Origin: Chamaesiphon sp.
GTDB taxonomy: Bacteria > Cyanobacteriota > Cyanobacteriia > Cyanobacteriales > Chamaesiphonaceae
Length of the DNA stretch: 64,000 nucleotides
NCBI GenBank assembly: GCA_965246715.1
Contig: CBDFFH010000037.1
Location: 103,255-167,254, forward strand
Direction: 5' to 3'
The notes under the pieces were generated by a model. It worked only from the letters and a program-made list of their open reading frames with translations. It made no database searches and was not told the DNA's origin. Of the stretch, positions 53,816 to 64,000 are shown in pieces (the first letter of the stretch is position 1; every line of letters starts with the position of its first letter). The translations under genes and the position numbers were made by a program.

Positions 53816-54061
53816 GTCCCAGTAGGGTGGGCATTGCCCACCACCTATGTTTCAGGCTTTTCTGATGTTATAAATATTTGCGCCGACCTACTTAGGAATG
53901 AGGATTTAATAAGATGCAGATTGGGGTAAAACGATCTCCTTATTACTAGGAACAGCCTAAACCCCCTGCTAAGTAACAGTCTTGAGAAAGATAAGTTTAA
54001 ATTATCACCTTTTAACTGCTGGAGAGCCGTTAGGAGTAAATATGGATACCCTGGCTCTCAA

Positions 54062-56665
54062 CTAGCCAATGACAAAATTAACTAATTTTCCTGGCACCAC
54101 GATTACCTTCTTCACCTCTTTGTCAGCAATAAATTTCTGAGCGACATCAGATTCACGAGCGTATTTTTCTAACTCTTGCTTATCCGCTGTCGCCGGAACT
54201 TCGATCGTCCCCCGCGTTTTGCCCATCACCTGAATTACTAGAGTAATTTCATCGGCGACTAAAGCATCAGGCTCGTATTTTTGCCATGCTTGCGTGTGAA
54301 CGGAACCAGTATGTCCGGTTAGTTGCCACAATTCCTCGGACATGTGCGGGGAGAAGGGCGATAGTAATAAGATCAGGGTGATGATACTTTCGGCATAGAT
54401 GGGTGAATTTTTGCAGTCGGCATCATTCATCGCATTACTTAATTTCATCAATTCAGAAATAGCGGTATTAAATTGATAATCACCATCTAGATCTTCGGTG
54501 ATTTCTTTAATTGCTGTATGAATTGCTTTGCGTAAATCTTTCTCGCTTTTAGTTGTCGCCGCAGGTAAGTTACTTAGATCTACTGTTGCCGCAGTTGGAT
54601 TGTTTACATAGTCATAAACCAATCGCCAGACCCGATTTAGAAAGCGTGCTTGTCCTTCGACATCGGCTTCATCCCACTCGAGATCTTTTTCTGGTGGTGC
54701 TTTAAAGAGGATAAACATCCGCGCGATATCGACCCCGTATTTATTAATTACGTCTTCAGGCGCGATCCCATTACCTTTGGATTTGGACATGGTAGCGTAG
54801 ATCAGTTCCAGCGGTTCGCCAGTTGTCGGATCTACAGGATTTTCGGCATTAACAGCAGCGAATGGTACCCATTTATCTTTCCCTTCTTTGTTTGGGTTGA
54901 CATATGTTAAACCCTGCACCATCCCTTGGGTTAATAACCGTTTAAATGGTTCGGCAAATTTCAATAGGTTGCTGCCAGGATTATCGCTGTCGGGTCGGTC
55001 GCTTAATACTTTGGTAAAGAAGCGAGAATATAATAGATGCAAGATCGCATGTTCGACTCCGCCGACGTATTGATCTACTGGCATCCAGTCGTTGACTCTG
55101 CTGGTATCGAAGATTTTGTCAGGATTTTTGGCATCGGTATAGCGGAGGAAATACCAGGAGGAATCGATGAAGGTATCCATCGTATCGGTTTCCCGTTTCG
55201 CAGGCTTGCCACAACTGGGACAGGGGACCTTTACCCAGGAGGCTAATTGCGCCAGGGGATTACCACCTTTACCTGTGAATTCCACATCTTCGGGCAACTG
55301 GACTGGTAAATCGGCATCGGGGACTGCTACCGCACCGCAGTCGGGACAATGAATAATCGGAATCGGCGCACCCCAGTAACGTTGGCGAGAAATCAACCAA
55401 TCGCGCAACCGATATTGGATTTTGGCTTTCCCATAGCCTTGCTCTTCGGCGTAGCCGATGATTGCCTGTTTGCCGGAACTAGAATCCATCCCTGTAAACT
55501 TACCAGAATCGGTCATCACCCCCGCTTCTGTATAGGCACCCTTCGAGCTTATAGATGGGTCGGCTTTGGGGTTGAGGATGACCGTGGTAATGGGTAATTG
55601 ATACTGCGTGGCAAATTTGAAGTCACGATCGTCATGTGCGGGTACACCCATGACAGCGCCAGTTCCATACTCGTATAACACGTAATCGGCAATCCAAATC
55701 GGGACTTGTTTACCTGTAAACGGATTGGTGACAGCGCCGCCAGTCGGTACGCCGCGTTTGGGCTTGTCGTCGGCAGTTCGATCGATCTCGCTTTCACTGC
55801 TCACTGTGGCGATAAATGCTGTCACAGCGGCAGATCGATCGGGAGTAGTGACACGCTCGACTAATGGATGTTCGGGCGCGAGGACGACGTAAGAAACGCC
55901 ATAGACGGTATCAGGACGAGTCGTAAATACGGCAATTTTTTCAGTCGTACCGACAATTGGAAACTCTAAATACGCCCCCACCGATCGACCGATCCAGTTG
56001 GCTTGCATAGTTTTAACCTTTTCCGGCCAGCCAGTTAATTGTTCTAAGTCTGCGACTAATCGATCGGCATAATCGGTAATTTTTAAAAACCACTGACGCA
56101 ATAGTTTCTTCTCAACGATCGCTCCAGATCGCCAGGAGCGACCCTGTGCGTCTACTTGCTCGTTAGCTAACACCGTTTGGTCGATCGGATCCCAATTTAC
56201 TGCTGCTTCCCGTTGGTAAGCCAATCCAGCTTGGAAAAACTGCAAGAAAATCCACTGCGTCCATTGATAATAATCTGGCGAACAAGTAGCAACTTCCCGA
56301 TCCCAATCGATCGATAGTCCCAATTGTTTCAACTGTCCGCGCATGCGATCGATATTTTCATACGTCCATTTTGCTGGATGTAAATTCCGTTCGATCGCGG
56401 CATTTTCCGCAGGTAGTCCAAAAGCATCCCAACCCATTGGATGCAACACCCGATGCCCCTGCATTCGCTTGAATCTGGCGATCGCATCGGTGATTACATA
56501 GTTGCGGACGTGTCCCATGTGCAGATTGCCCGATGGATAGGGAAACATCGACAGGGCATAAAATTTGGGCTTGTCGCTAGTGGTATCGGTTTTATATAAT
56601 TCTTGATTTGTCCAGGTTTGCTGCCATTTGGACTCGATGTTACTGGGGGTATATTTAGCGTCCAT
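54062..56665 (-). CDS. leuS: Leucine--tRNA ligase
   Basis: MFPYPSG.LHMGH (HIGH) and TMSKSKGN (KMSKS) motifs, editing domain. Confidence 0.98.
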   Translation of the reverse strand: MDAKYTPSNIESKWQQTWTNQELYKTDTTSDKPKFYALSMFPYPSGNLHMGHVRNYVITDAIARFKRMQGHRVLHPMGWDAFGLPAENAAIERNLHPAKWTYENIDRMRGQLKQLGLSIDWDREVATCSPDYYQWTQWIFLQFFQAGLAYQREAAVNWDPIDQTVLANEQVDAQGRSWRSGAIVEKKLLRQWFLKITDYADRLVADLEQLTGWPEKVKTMQANWIGRSVGAYLEFPIVGTTEKIAVFTTRPDTVYGVSYVVLAPEHPLVERVTTPDRSAAVTAFIATVSSESEIDRTADDKPKRGVPTGGAVTNPFTGKQVPIWIADYVLYEYGTGAVMGVPAHDDRDFKFATQYQLPITTVILNPKADPSISSKGAYTEAGVMTDSGKFTGMDSSSGKQAIIGYAEEQGYGKAKIQYRLRDWLISRQRYWGAPIPIIHCPDCGAVAVPDADLPVQLPEDVEFTGKGGNPLAQLASWVKVPCPSCGKPAKRETDTMDTFIDSSWYFLRYTDAKNPDKIFDTSRVNDWMPVDQYVGGVEHAILHLLYSRFFTKVLSDRPDSDNPGSNLLKFAEPFKRLLTQGMVQGLTYVNPNKEGKDKWVPFAAVNAENPVDPTTGEPLELIYATMSKSKGNGIAPEDVINKYGVDIARMFILFKAPPEKDLEWDEADVEGQARFLNRVWRLVYDYVNNPTAATVDLSNLPAATTKSEKDLRKAIHTAIKEITEDLDGDYQFNTAISELMKLSNAMNDADCKNSPIYAESIITLILLLSPFSPHMSEELWQLTGHTGSVHTQAWQKYEPDALVADEITLVIQVMGKTRGTIEVPATADKQELEKYARESDVAQKFIADKEVKKVIVVPGKLVNFVIG

Positions 56666-56720
56666 ACGATCGCTCCTGATTAGTTAGGATTTAAAATAGG
56701 GGTTTCAATATTGTGGCACA

Positions 56721-57194
56721 GTGGGGAGTGTGGGAAGAGTGGGGCGCGATGAAGACGATCGATCCAAAATCCAGAATCTAAATGTTTTTGTTTACGGTAC
56801 GCTGAAACCTGGGGAATGTAATTTCGATGGCTATTGTGGTGATAACGTCATTAGTAGCCACCGAGCGTATATTCTGGGTGAGTTATATCATTTCTCCGCA
56901 TGGGGATATCCAGGGGCGATCGCTGGGACTAGTCAAGTGCATGGGTTCGTGCTAACTTTTCCCGATGCTGCGATCTTAACGAATTTAGACAAACTCGAAA
57001 ATTACCATCCTGCCAGACACCCAGCCGAAAATGACTACACGCGCGAATTAATTACGACTTTTACCCCCGCAGGGATGCCGAGTATTTCAGCTTGGGTTTA
57101 TCTGCTAAGTGCCGTTGGTGCAGACGCTCCTGTGGAAAATCGCATTTCCCAATGGGGTGGTATTCTAGTCCCTGATGGTTGGTGGGCGAGTTAA
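56721..57194 (+). CDS. Gamma-glutamylcyclotransferase (AIG2-like); start uncertain
   Basis: VFVYGTLK, YP and LDKLE motifs. Confidence 0.85.
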   Translation: MGSVGRVGRDEDDRSKIQNLNVFVYGTLKPGECNFDGYCGDNVISSHRAYILGELYHFSAWGYPGAIAGTSQVHGFVLTFPDAAILTNLDKLENYHPARHPAENDYTRELITTFTPAGMPSISAWVYLLSAVGADAPVENRISQWGGILVPDGWWAS

Positions 57195-57227
57195 GTCGTC
57201 AGATCTAGCAATAATTGGGGTAAATCT

Positions 57228-57695
57228 ATGAACCAACAGCTTCCCGTACCTTCTCCAGCAGTGAAAGATCTCATTGCCAAGCTCGAACTACAAGCGCATC
57301 CTGAAGGTGGCTTCTATCGCGAGACATGGCGATCGAATCTGATTTTGCCACAGTCTGTGCTACCGGATGGTTATGATGGCAATCGATCGGCAGGTACGGC
57401 CATTTTATTTCTGTTACCCACTGGGCATAGTTCGATCTGGCACCGCGTCAAATCTCCCGAACTCTGGTTTCATCAAGCTGGCGATCCACTGGAATTGAGT
57501 ATTGCCGCCGATATTAAGCCAGAACCACCGAAGATCTATTTAGGTCGCGATAATTGTTTTCAAGCTGTGGTACCGCCGCAATGGTGGCAGAAGGCACAAC
57601 CGTTAGCTGGGGATGCGGGTTATGCTTTGGTTGCATGTGTGGTGGTTCCAGGTTTTGAATTTGCAGATTTTGAATCGATCGATTCGACAGTGTAG
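57228..57695 (+). CDS. Cupin_5 (DUF985) protein
   Basis: HPEGGFYRET and VVPGFEF motifs. Confidence 0.9.
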   Translation: MNQQLPVPSPAVKDLIAKLELQAHPEGGFYRETWRSNLILPQSVLPDGYDGNRSAGTAILFLLPTGHSSIWHRVKSPELWFHQAGDPLELSIAADIKPEPPKIYLGRDNCFQAVVPPQWWQKAQPLAGDAGYALVACVVVPGFEFADFESIDSTV

Positions 57696-57699
57696 TTTA

Positions 57700-58096
57700 A
57701 CCCAAGTTGCTACCTATAAACCCAGCGGTTAGAAACCGCCGCTCGGAGTGCAAAGTCCGCCTTCGCGGACTGAATTTCTTAGTCCGCGAAGGCGGACTTT
57801 GCAATATTAGCAGCGACTTTAGTCGCAGGTAATCAGTAGGTAACGTGAGTTCGGGATAAGGATTACCGATCGATGATTGCTAGCTTCGTTTCTGCACCGC
57901 CCTCAAATAAATTAGTTGCTCATAGCAAAAGTTCGTTTTAACGAACTAAGAAATTTGGTAGTTCTCTTCAGAGAACTTGAGCTATTAGCCCGTTGGCAAA
58001 GCCTATCCGAAGGATATACTTCCAGTTCAGGGCGGTGCTAGAGCGGAGCAAATCAATTTTCCTTATCCCGAACTGAGGTTAGGTAGCAACTTAGGT
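57700..58096. mobile_element. Composite nested MITE/REP element
   Basis: Outer TIR ACCCAAGTTGCTACCTA with TA flanks. Inner 57842-58080 element with 4-bp TSD AGGT. REP doublet AGTCCGCCTTCGCGGACT. Confidence 0.8.
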
Positions 58097-58196
58097 TAAT
58101 TTAGTGGAAATCGATCGCGCCGCGATCGCAACTCCCAACTTTTCCGGAATCGCGATCGTGGCTAGTGTAGTCTGCAAAAAAGCGATCGAGGTTATT

Positions 58197-59531
58197 ATGT
58201 TGAAGATTAGAGCTAGTGTTATCGTGGCGATCGGATTGGGATCGATCGCGCTCCTGGGATCTCCAGTTAGTGCGAAAGAGACAACTGCTAGCTCAGAAAT
58301 CGCTGGATATCGATCGCAAGGATATGTCGGCATCGATCGGTTTTTAAAAACCCATGGGGTCGAACTGGCACAATTGCAAAGCACAGTAGATGCTCCGCGC
58401 TGGCAAGAATTAAATCAACAACTCGATCGCATTTGCAAACAACGAGATTGCTACGCTTCCCGCTTGTATTGGCATACCGATTTCGATCGCGCCAAGCAAG
58501 CCGCCCGAGCTAGCGGGAAACCAATTTTATCTCTACGATTATTGGGAAATCTGGATGAAGACTTAAGTTGTGCGAATAGTCGCTTTTTTAGAATTACGCT
58601 TTACTCGCATCCTGAAATCGCCAAGTTATTGCGCGATAAATATATCCTCCACTGGCAATCTGTCCGCCCCGTCCCCAAAATAACGATCGACTTCGGCGAT
58701 GGACGCAAAATCCAGCAGACAATTACCGGAAATAGCATTCATTATATCCTGGACAAAGAGGGTAGACCGATCGACGGGCTGCCAGGATTATATGCGCCAC
58801 AAGCTTTCAAAATTCAGCTGACTCAAGGGGCAGATTTTGTTACTAAATATCATCAGCTAGCTCCAGCACAACAGCAAAATGCGATCGAGCGATATCATCA
58901 AACCCAGCTTACTAGTCTCCAAGCTAACTGGAAACAAGATCTCGATAAATTGGGGATAAATATCCCCTTACCAAAATCGATAGCATCGTTGAGCGATCCG
59001 CCTACCGCAGCTGAAGCCGCACCGATCGCAGTTTCAAAATCGGCGGTCGAATCACCGATTATTTCACTCAGTCGCGCTTTTGCACAACGGAACGATCTGC
59101 TCAAACAAGCTACTGACGATCCATTGTGGACAAAGCTGGGTAAATTGCACCAAGAAGATGCGACTTTAGCCGCAAATAGTCTAGAACTCATTCGTCGCAA
59201 ACAACCCCAGTTAGCAAGCCTTAATAAAGGCAATAACAACGATCCGATGGTCGAACTCATCGATAAATTTCAAAAGCTCATCGCGATCGATAGTATCCGC
59301 AATGAATACCTCTTGCACAGTCAAATCCACTCGTGGCTGATGGGATCTAGATTTGCACCCACAGATGTGGAAAGTTTAAATACGCGGGTCTACGATCGGT
59401 TATTTCTCACCCCGAGCAGCGATCCGTGGTTGGGTTTGATGCCAGGAACTGGTTACACTGGGATCGATCGAGATGGAATTATCGATCGATCCCAGCGTGA
59501 CAGTAGTACTACCCTTGCTAATTTCGATTAG
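58197..59531 (+). CDS. Secreted thioredoxin-fold-like hypothetical protein
   Basis: Signal peptide from MLKIRAS. W…A…A…GKPIL…LGNLDEDLSCANSR motif. Confidence 0.65.
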   Translation: MLKIRASVIVAIGLGSIALLGSPVSAKETTASSEIAGYRSQGYVGIDRFLKTHGVELAQLQSTVDAPRWQELNQQLDRICKQRDCYASRLYWHTDFDRAKQAARASGKPILSLRLLGNLDEDLSCANSRFFRITLYSHPEIAKLLRDKYILHWQSVRPVPKITIDFGDGRKIQQTITGNSIHYILDKEGRPIDGLPGLYAPQAFKIQLTQGADFVTKYHQLAPAQQQNAIERYHQTQLTSLQANWKQDLDKLGINIPLPKSIASLSDPPTAAEAAPIAVSKSAVESPIISLSRAFAQRNDLLKQATDDPLWTKLGKLHQEDATLAANSLELIRRKQPQLASLNKGNNNDPMVELIDKFQKLIAIDSIRNEYLLHSQIHSWLMGSRFAPTDVESLNTRVYDRLFLTPSSDPWLGLMPGTGYTGIDRDGIIDRSQRDSSTTLANFD

Positions 59532-59678
59532 CTCTTTAATAGTATTTTATTACTATTTTTTGCCTAAAATACCAGCCCAGATAACAGCACTCAAAATGCC
59601 GTATAAACCGCTTGGGTATTAATTTACAGCGCCTTTCGATCGAGCGATAATAAGAGTATTAGAGTAAAGAGAAAGTGA

Positions 59679-60035
59679 ATGAGAATTCAATCGTCAGTGC
59701 TGGTACATCTGGGATTTGGGAAGTACGTGCGCTCCGACCAAGTTACGGCTGTAGTGCCGATCGAAGAAGATCGCGGCCCTGGTCGGCGGACATTCGTGCA
59801 ATTAGAGGGACAGGTCGATCCGATTGTAGCATCGCGGGCCGAAAACTCGATCGTCCGAGATTTAGTTCAAGAGCCGCGTGAAGTGACTCAATCACGTCAG
59901 CAGCAAGAAATTCTCAATGATTTGCTCAATGACTTACAGCAAGTAAACAAGTCAGTACGGCGGTTCTCGCGCGATGAGGGCGGACTGGATCTCGATCGGT
60001 TAGAGCGCCGTATTCGCGAAGTTATTGAAGAATAA
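59679..60035 (+). CDS. Conserved hypothetical protein
   Basis: Clean ORF (VHLGFGKY…) followed by a terminator. Confidence 0.7.
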   Translation: MRIQSSVLVHLGFGKYVRSDQVTAVVPIEEDRGPGRRTFVQLEGQVDPIVASRAENSIVRDLVQEPREVTQSRQQQEILNDLLNDLQQVNKSVRRFSRDEGGLDLDRLERRIREVIEE

Positions 60036-60046
60036 TTAGGTTTCTC

Positions 60047-60079
60047 TAGGCTTTAGCATGAATGCTAAAGCCTATTTTT
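60047..60079 (+). terminator. Intrinsic terminator
   Basis: TAGGCTTTAGCAT-GA-ATGCTAAAGCCTA followed by TTTTT. Confidence 0.8.
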
Positions 60080-60093
60080 GTGGTGATGGCTAC

Positions 60094-60287
60094 AAATCCC
60101 CTCCTCGGAGGGGTGCCCGGAGGGTGGGGTGGGTCACCATCTTCGATCGCACCAATAAACATCTATTACTCCAATCTCGGCTATCAAGTATCGCTTAATT
60201 CGATCGGGAAACTCGATCGAAGCTGACTTGTGAGCAGCGAAGATCTACCCACCCCGCCCGTTGGGCACCCCTCCTGGGAGGGGATTT
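60094..60287. repeat. Inverted pair of ~40-bp REP-like repeats
   Basis: AAATCCCCTCC…GGAGGGGTGCCC…GGGGTGGGT at 60094-60134 and its reverse complement at 60247-60287. Confidence 0.75.
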
Positions 60288-61651
60288 AGCGGCACGAATG
60301 TTGCTTTTAACTTTTTCTGCATCGTAAATGGGCGGCGCACTGGGGCAATTTCTGCAGTTGTCGGCGTTACCGTCCAATCGTATTTTTGCAGCAGTGTGGA
60401 GAGAATAATTTTCATCTCCATTTGGGCGAGTTCCACACCGATACAGGTATGCGCGCCACCACCAAAACCAATTAATGAATAAGGTTGTTTTTTATCTTCC
60501 TCGCGCGGCGGTGCAAACCTGTCGGGATCGAAGGCATCAGGATTTTGATAAATTTCTGGTAAGCGATGAGTCAACATCGGGGAAATAAAGATAAACCAAC
60601 CAGCGGGAATCAAATAACCAGCATATTCGATATCGGCTAATGCCACGCGAGCGATCAGAAAAGCTGGTGGATAGAGGCGTTCGCCTTCTTTAATAACATT
60701 GGTCATGTTAGGCAGTTGCCGGAGATGAGCCATCGAAATCGGTTCGTTGCCCATCACTTGCTGCTGTTCGTCGCGCAATCTTTGTCGCCATGCGGGACAA
60801 TTGCCCAATTCAAATAACAACCAACTCATTAGGGTCGATGTGGTATCGTGTCCGGCAAATAGAAAAGCGATCGCTTGGTCGATTACCTGTGTTTCGGTGA
60901 ATTTATTGCCATCTTCATCCACCGTATTTACTAGCAAACTGAGTACATCCGTCGATCGATCTAAATCTCCCCGTGCTGCTCTGTCGGCGATAACTTGGCG
61001 AATATAGTCAGCAATCCTGCGGCGCGCGGCTTGTCCGCGACCGTAACTAGTCAGGGGAATATCCCAACGGATAATGCCGGAGACACTATCAACTAAGGTA
61101 TTGAACCACTGGCTGACTTGCTGGACTTCTGCCGTACTTTCACTACCTAAAAAAATCTTCACCACGACAGTCAGCGTCAGCTTGTGTAGTTCCGCACTCA
61201 GATCGATCGTGCCACGTTCGCCCCAATCGGCCATCGCATCAGTGACAACTGACTGAATCGTATCAAAGTAAGATGCGATCGCTTGCTGATGAAATACAGG
61301 CAAAATCAGCTTCCGATTCGTGCGGTGCGCTTCGCCATCTTTTAGTAACACGCTATCCGGCGAGATCGGTTCTAATAATTTATTGCCCAACCGAGATGAT
61401 AGTCGATCGGCTTCATCTTTGAATACCAGTCGATTCGCCTCTGGCCCCACCAAACAAGCTGTTTTGCCAAATATGAGCGATGATGTTTTGAAAATATTGC
61501 CATTATCTTGATGCTTTTGCCAATAAAATTCTTCGCGCTTGGTGAGAAAATTAATTAGTTCGCCAATCATCGGCAATCCATAGCTACCCGGCATCAGATC
61601 GGCGGATTTTAGTTTATTGTTCATCACCACAAATTTTTGCTCAGTGGACAT
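60245..61651 (-). CDS. Cytochrome P450
   Basis: AGHDTT, ExxR, PDRF and FGGGAHTCIG heme motifs. Confidence 0.95.
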   Translation of the reverse strand: MSTEQKFVVMNNKLKSADLMPGSYGLPMIGELINFLTKREEFYWQKHQDNGNIFKTSSLIFGKTACLVGPEANRLVFKDEADRLSSRLGNKLLEPISPDSVLLKDGEAHRTNRKLILPVFHQQAIASYFDTIQSVVTDAMADWGERGTIDLSAELHKLTLTVVVKIFLGSESTAEVQQVSQWFNTLVDSVSGIIRWDIPLTSYGRGQAARRRIADYIRQVIADRAARGDLDRSTDVLSLLVNTVDEDGNKFTETQVIDQAIAFLFAGHDTTSTLMSWLLFELGNCPAWRQRLRDEQQQVMGNEPISMAHLRQLPNMTNVIKEGERLYPPAFLIARVALADIEYAGYLIPAGWFIFISPMLTHRLPEIYQNPDAFDPDRFAPPREEDKKQPYSLIGFGGGAHTCIGVELAQMEMKIILSTLLQKYDWTVTPTTAEIAPVRRPFTMQKKLKATFVPLNPLPGGVPNGRGG

Positions 61652-61883
61652 CGATCCAAGTTGGTTCGGACTTTTATGCTAACGAAGATCTCACCCCTAA
61701 TGCCAATCTCCAGACAGAGGTGGATTGTCATACCGCGATCGATTGGGTGAAAAACCTTGAGTCTGAGCAACAGGGGATAAATATTAGTTAAGTATGTCGT
61801 ATTTCAGAACTACGATCGATTCGATTGATATTTCGAATTACTATAATTGATGGTGAGGGTTAAAACTTTATTTTGTTTGTTAT

Positions 61884-62087
61884 ATGGTGCAGGTTGTCGA
61901 AATTCCGATCGGATTGGCTCAATTTAAACTTCCGCCAGCAGTTCACGATCGCTTACAATTTTTACTCGATCGACAAGATGCAGGTACGCAACTTTCTGAA
62001 AATGAGCGGCTAGAGGCTGAGGGGTTAGTGGAGTTGGCTGAGTTTCTATCACTGCTAAAACTGCGATCGCACCAAGTATTTACTTAG
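61884..62087 (+). CDS. Small hypothetical (antitoxin-like) protein
   Basis: RLQFLLDRQ…LS..E..E pattern resembling small antitoxin-like proteins. Confidence 0.6.
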   Translation: MVQVVEIPIGLAQFKLPPAVHDRLQFLLDRQDAGTQLSENERLEAEGLVELAEFLSLLKLRSHQVFT

Positions 62088-62191
62088 GAATAAAACCTTG
62101 TCCTTTGGCTACAAGATTTTTAGCTAACGAATAGTCCCAGCCAATTATTTGGCGATGATGAGAGCCTTCATGCCATGAGTCAAAATAGACA

Positions 62192-62560
62192 TCATGCTAA
62201 TGCGTAAGGCTGAATCAGCGTCTGTGCTGGAATTCCTAGCTGCTCGTGGAGCCTTCTAATCATCTCCAATGTCAATGGACGCTTACGGTTGAGAATTTCG
62301 GCAACACGAGCGCGACTACCGATCGCAGGTTCTAAATCCTGTCTCGTCAATCCGCGACTTTCCATATAATAAAGAATCGCCTCGATCGGCTCTGGCGGTA
62401 AAATCGGCTCATGTTTGCGTTCGTATTCCTCCACCAACGTCACTAAAATTTCTAACCTGTCGAATTCTGGCGTTCCCGCAGGTACATCGAATAACCGCTC
62501 TATTTCAGTCAAAGCCGCTCGATGAGTTTCCCGATCTCTTATTGGTTGTAAATCGTACAT
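62192..62560 (-). CDS. higA: HigA-type HTH antitoxin
   Basis: LVEEYE…PEPIEAI…GSRARVAEILNRKRPLTL motif. Confidence 0.9.
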   Translation of the reverse strand: MYDLQPIRDRETHRAALTEIERLFDVPAGTPEFDRLEILVTLVEEYERKHEPILPPEPIEAILYYMESRGLTRQDLEPAIGSRARVAEILNRKRPLTLEMIRRLHEQLGIPAQTLIQPYALA

Positions 62561-62567
62561 ATTCACC

Positions 62568-62861
62568 TCAAATAGTTGCTGCATCTATATCGTCATACTC
62601 GCGATGAGTACCGATAAATCGAATGAAGATAATGCTGATGTCATAACGAACGTGAACGATGAGGCGGTATTTATTACCCTTAATATTAAATATCGCCCGA
62701 TTACTCGCAATGATGCTGGCATTTGCATAAATGCTCTTAATATCTGCGGGACTTTGCCAATCAGCCTGAGTGACATCATCAATCCAGGCTCTCAAGGCTG
62801 ATTCCGCCTCTGCATGAATCCCCCAAAATTCTCTCAAAGTACTGCGGGCGATGATTCTCAT
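62568..62861 (-). CDS. higB: HigB toxin
   Basis: MRIIA…FNIKGNKYRL…FIGTHREYD motif. Confidence 0.92.
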   Translation of the reverse strand: MRIIARSTLREFWGIHAEAESALRAWIDDVTQADWQSPADIKSIYANASIIASNRAIFNIKGNKYRLIVHVRYDISIIFIRFIGTHREYDDIDAATI

Positions 62862-63211
62862 TGATAAATTATAACTTGTTCCCAATACGGGAGCAAGTAG
62901 CCCCTGAATGATAAATATCGATTCTAAAAGTCGGGGTAATTCATGAATTACCCCGACTTTTTAGATCCAGGTAATGGTTAACACGACGATCGATCTCGAC
63001 CTGCATAAAAAGTCGTCGATCGCAATCATATTTTCCACAGAATATCCCGATATATCCACGGATCTTCCTAATTAGAAGATCCGTGGATTTACGTATCTCG
63101 ATCGAGAATAGCCTGGGAATACTACTTTCATCCACATAAATTTGAAATTTAAACTCCAAGCTGAATTGCTGGAAGTTGTGAATTTTGAGTTTTGAAATTT
63201 TCGGCGGTGTG

Positions 63212-64000
63212 ATGGAGTTAGAACAACAGGCTAAATTCGATCTGTTAGTGCGTCAATTAGAACGATCGGTTCGTCAACAGACACCAAGCAATTATCAACT
63301 GCGAGTAGCAGCAATCGCCGCGATCGGTTATGGATATCTTTGGCTGATTTGCTTGGCTTTATTTAGTAGTTTATGGCTGGTGCGTTGGCTGATGGAGATG
63401 AGTCAGCAGCGCCCGATTTCAATCGAGCCTAATTTATGGTGGATGCTGTTTGGATTGGTGGCGACTGCCATTTTCTGGGTAGAACATCAACCGATTAGCA
63501 AAGATTTAGAAATCCAGCGGGCAGAATTTCCCGAATTATTTACCTCGATCGATGAATTGCGCGATCGATTGAATGCGCCAAAAAATTCATCACGTCATCA
63601 TCACCTACGACCACAATGCGGCTGTCTATCAAACCCCCCGACTAGGTTGGTTGGGCTGGTATCGCAACTATCTGTTACTTGGATTGCCCTTAATGCAGTC
63701 GCTCAGTCCCGAACAATTTAAAGCGACATTAGCTCACGAATTGGGACATTTAGCAGGTAACGACAATCTATTTGTCGGTTGGATTTTGCGCGTGCGTCAG
63801 ATGTGGGAACGACTCACCTTTGATAATAATTTTTTTATATTACAATGGTTTTTTCGCTGGTATGAGCCATTAATTAAAGCGCATTCATTTGTGTTGGTAC
63901 GAGATCGGGAATATGCCGCCGATGCGCTTGCAAAAAGGATTTCCGGACGAGAAATTGCGGCGAGTGACTTAATTCAAACCTATATATATCAGCATTATTT
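63212..64000 (+). pseudogene. M48 (HtpX-like) metalloprotease, +1 frameshift in an A6 run; continues beyond window
   Basis: After 63580-63585 the shifted frame reads KIHHVIIT…LLLGLPL…AHELGH…REYAAD. Confidence 0.8.

Noticed and set aside
62924..62962. Palindrome upstream of higB as the HigA operator
   Set aside because: Its core GGGGTAATTCATGAATTACCCC matches the REP-like palindrome at ~46243, so it is more likely a dispersed repeat.
1..64000. CGATCG/GCGATCGC abundance as a local signal; tRNA/rRNA genes
   Set aside because: HIP1 is a genome-wide cyanobacterial feature. No tRNA or rRNA was recognised.

Overview
This is cyanobacterial chromosomal DNA. The evidence is very dense HIP1 GCGATCGC/CGATCG sites, PEP-CTERM and HpsJ-like genes, and DUF928, DUF1822 and DUF1816 genes. 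It resembles Chamaesiphon, though that assignment is inference. From 1 to 17 kb, ordinary genes are mixed with IS remnants and pseudogenes (IS630, IS21, ISL3, ISAs1, ISAzo13, IS5, topA, devBC). From 17 to 30 kb lies a minus-strand module: TpsA, sigma-70-like factor, DUF1822, CHAT-CHASE2, DUF928, TpsB and TPR-CHAT. From 30.2 to 36.5 kb is a divergently oriented array of mostly unrelated secreted or outer-membrane genes, most preceded by a copy of the same ~200-bp non-coding element (6 copies plus a truncated 7th). A variant of that element's core motif also sits upstream of the DUF1822 gene. From 36.6 to 42.3 kb is a decayed island bounded by two tyrosine recombinase genes, containing a loxP-like 13-8-13 site. 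From 42 to 64 kb are mostly core genes (carotenoid oxygenase, BT1 transporter, leuS, P450, HigBA) with nested MITE/REP elements. The best candidate for a new system is a caspase-like (CHAT) protease-gated sigma/anti-sigma cascade driving a tandem regulon array of surface proteins. The alternative is an integron-like cassette array. No databases were searched, so family calls rest on motif recognition.
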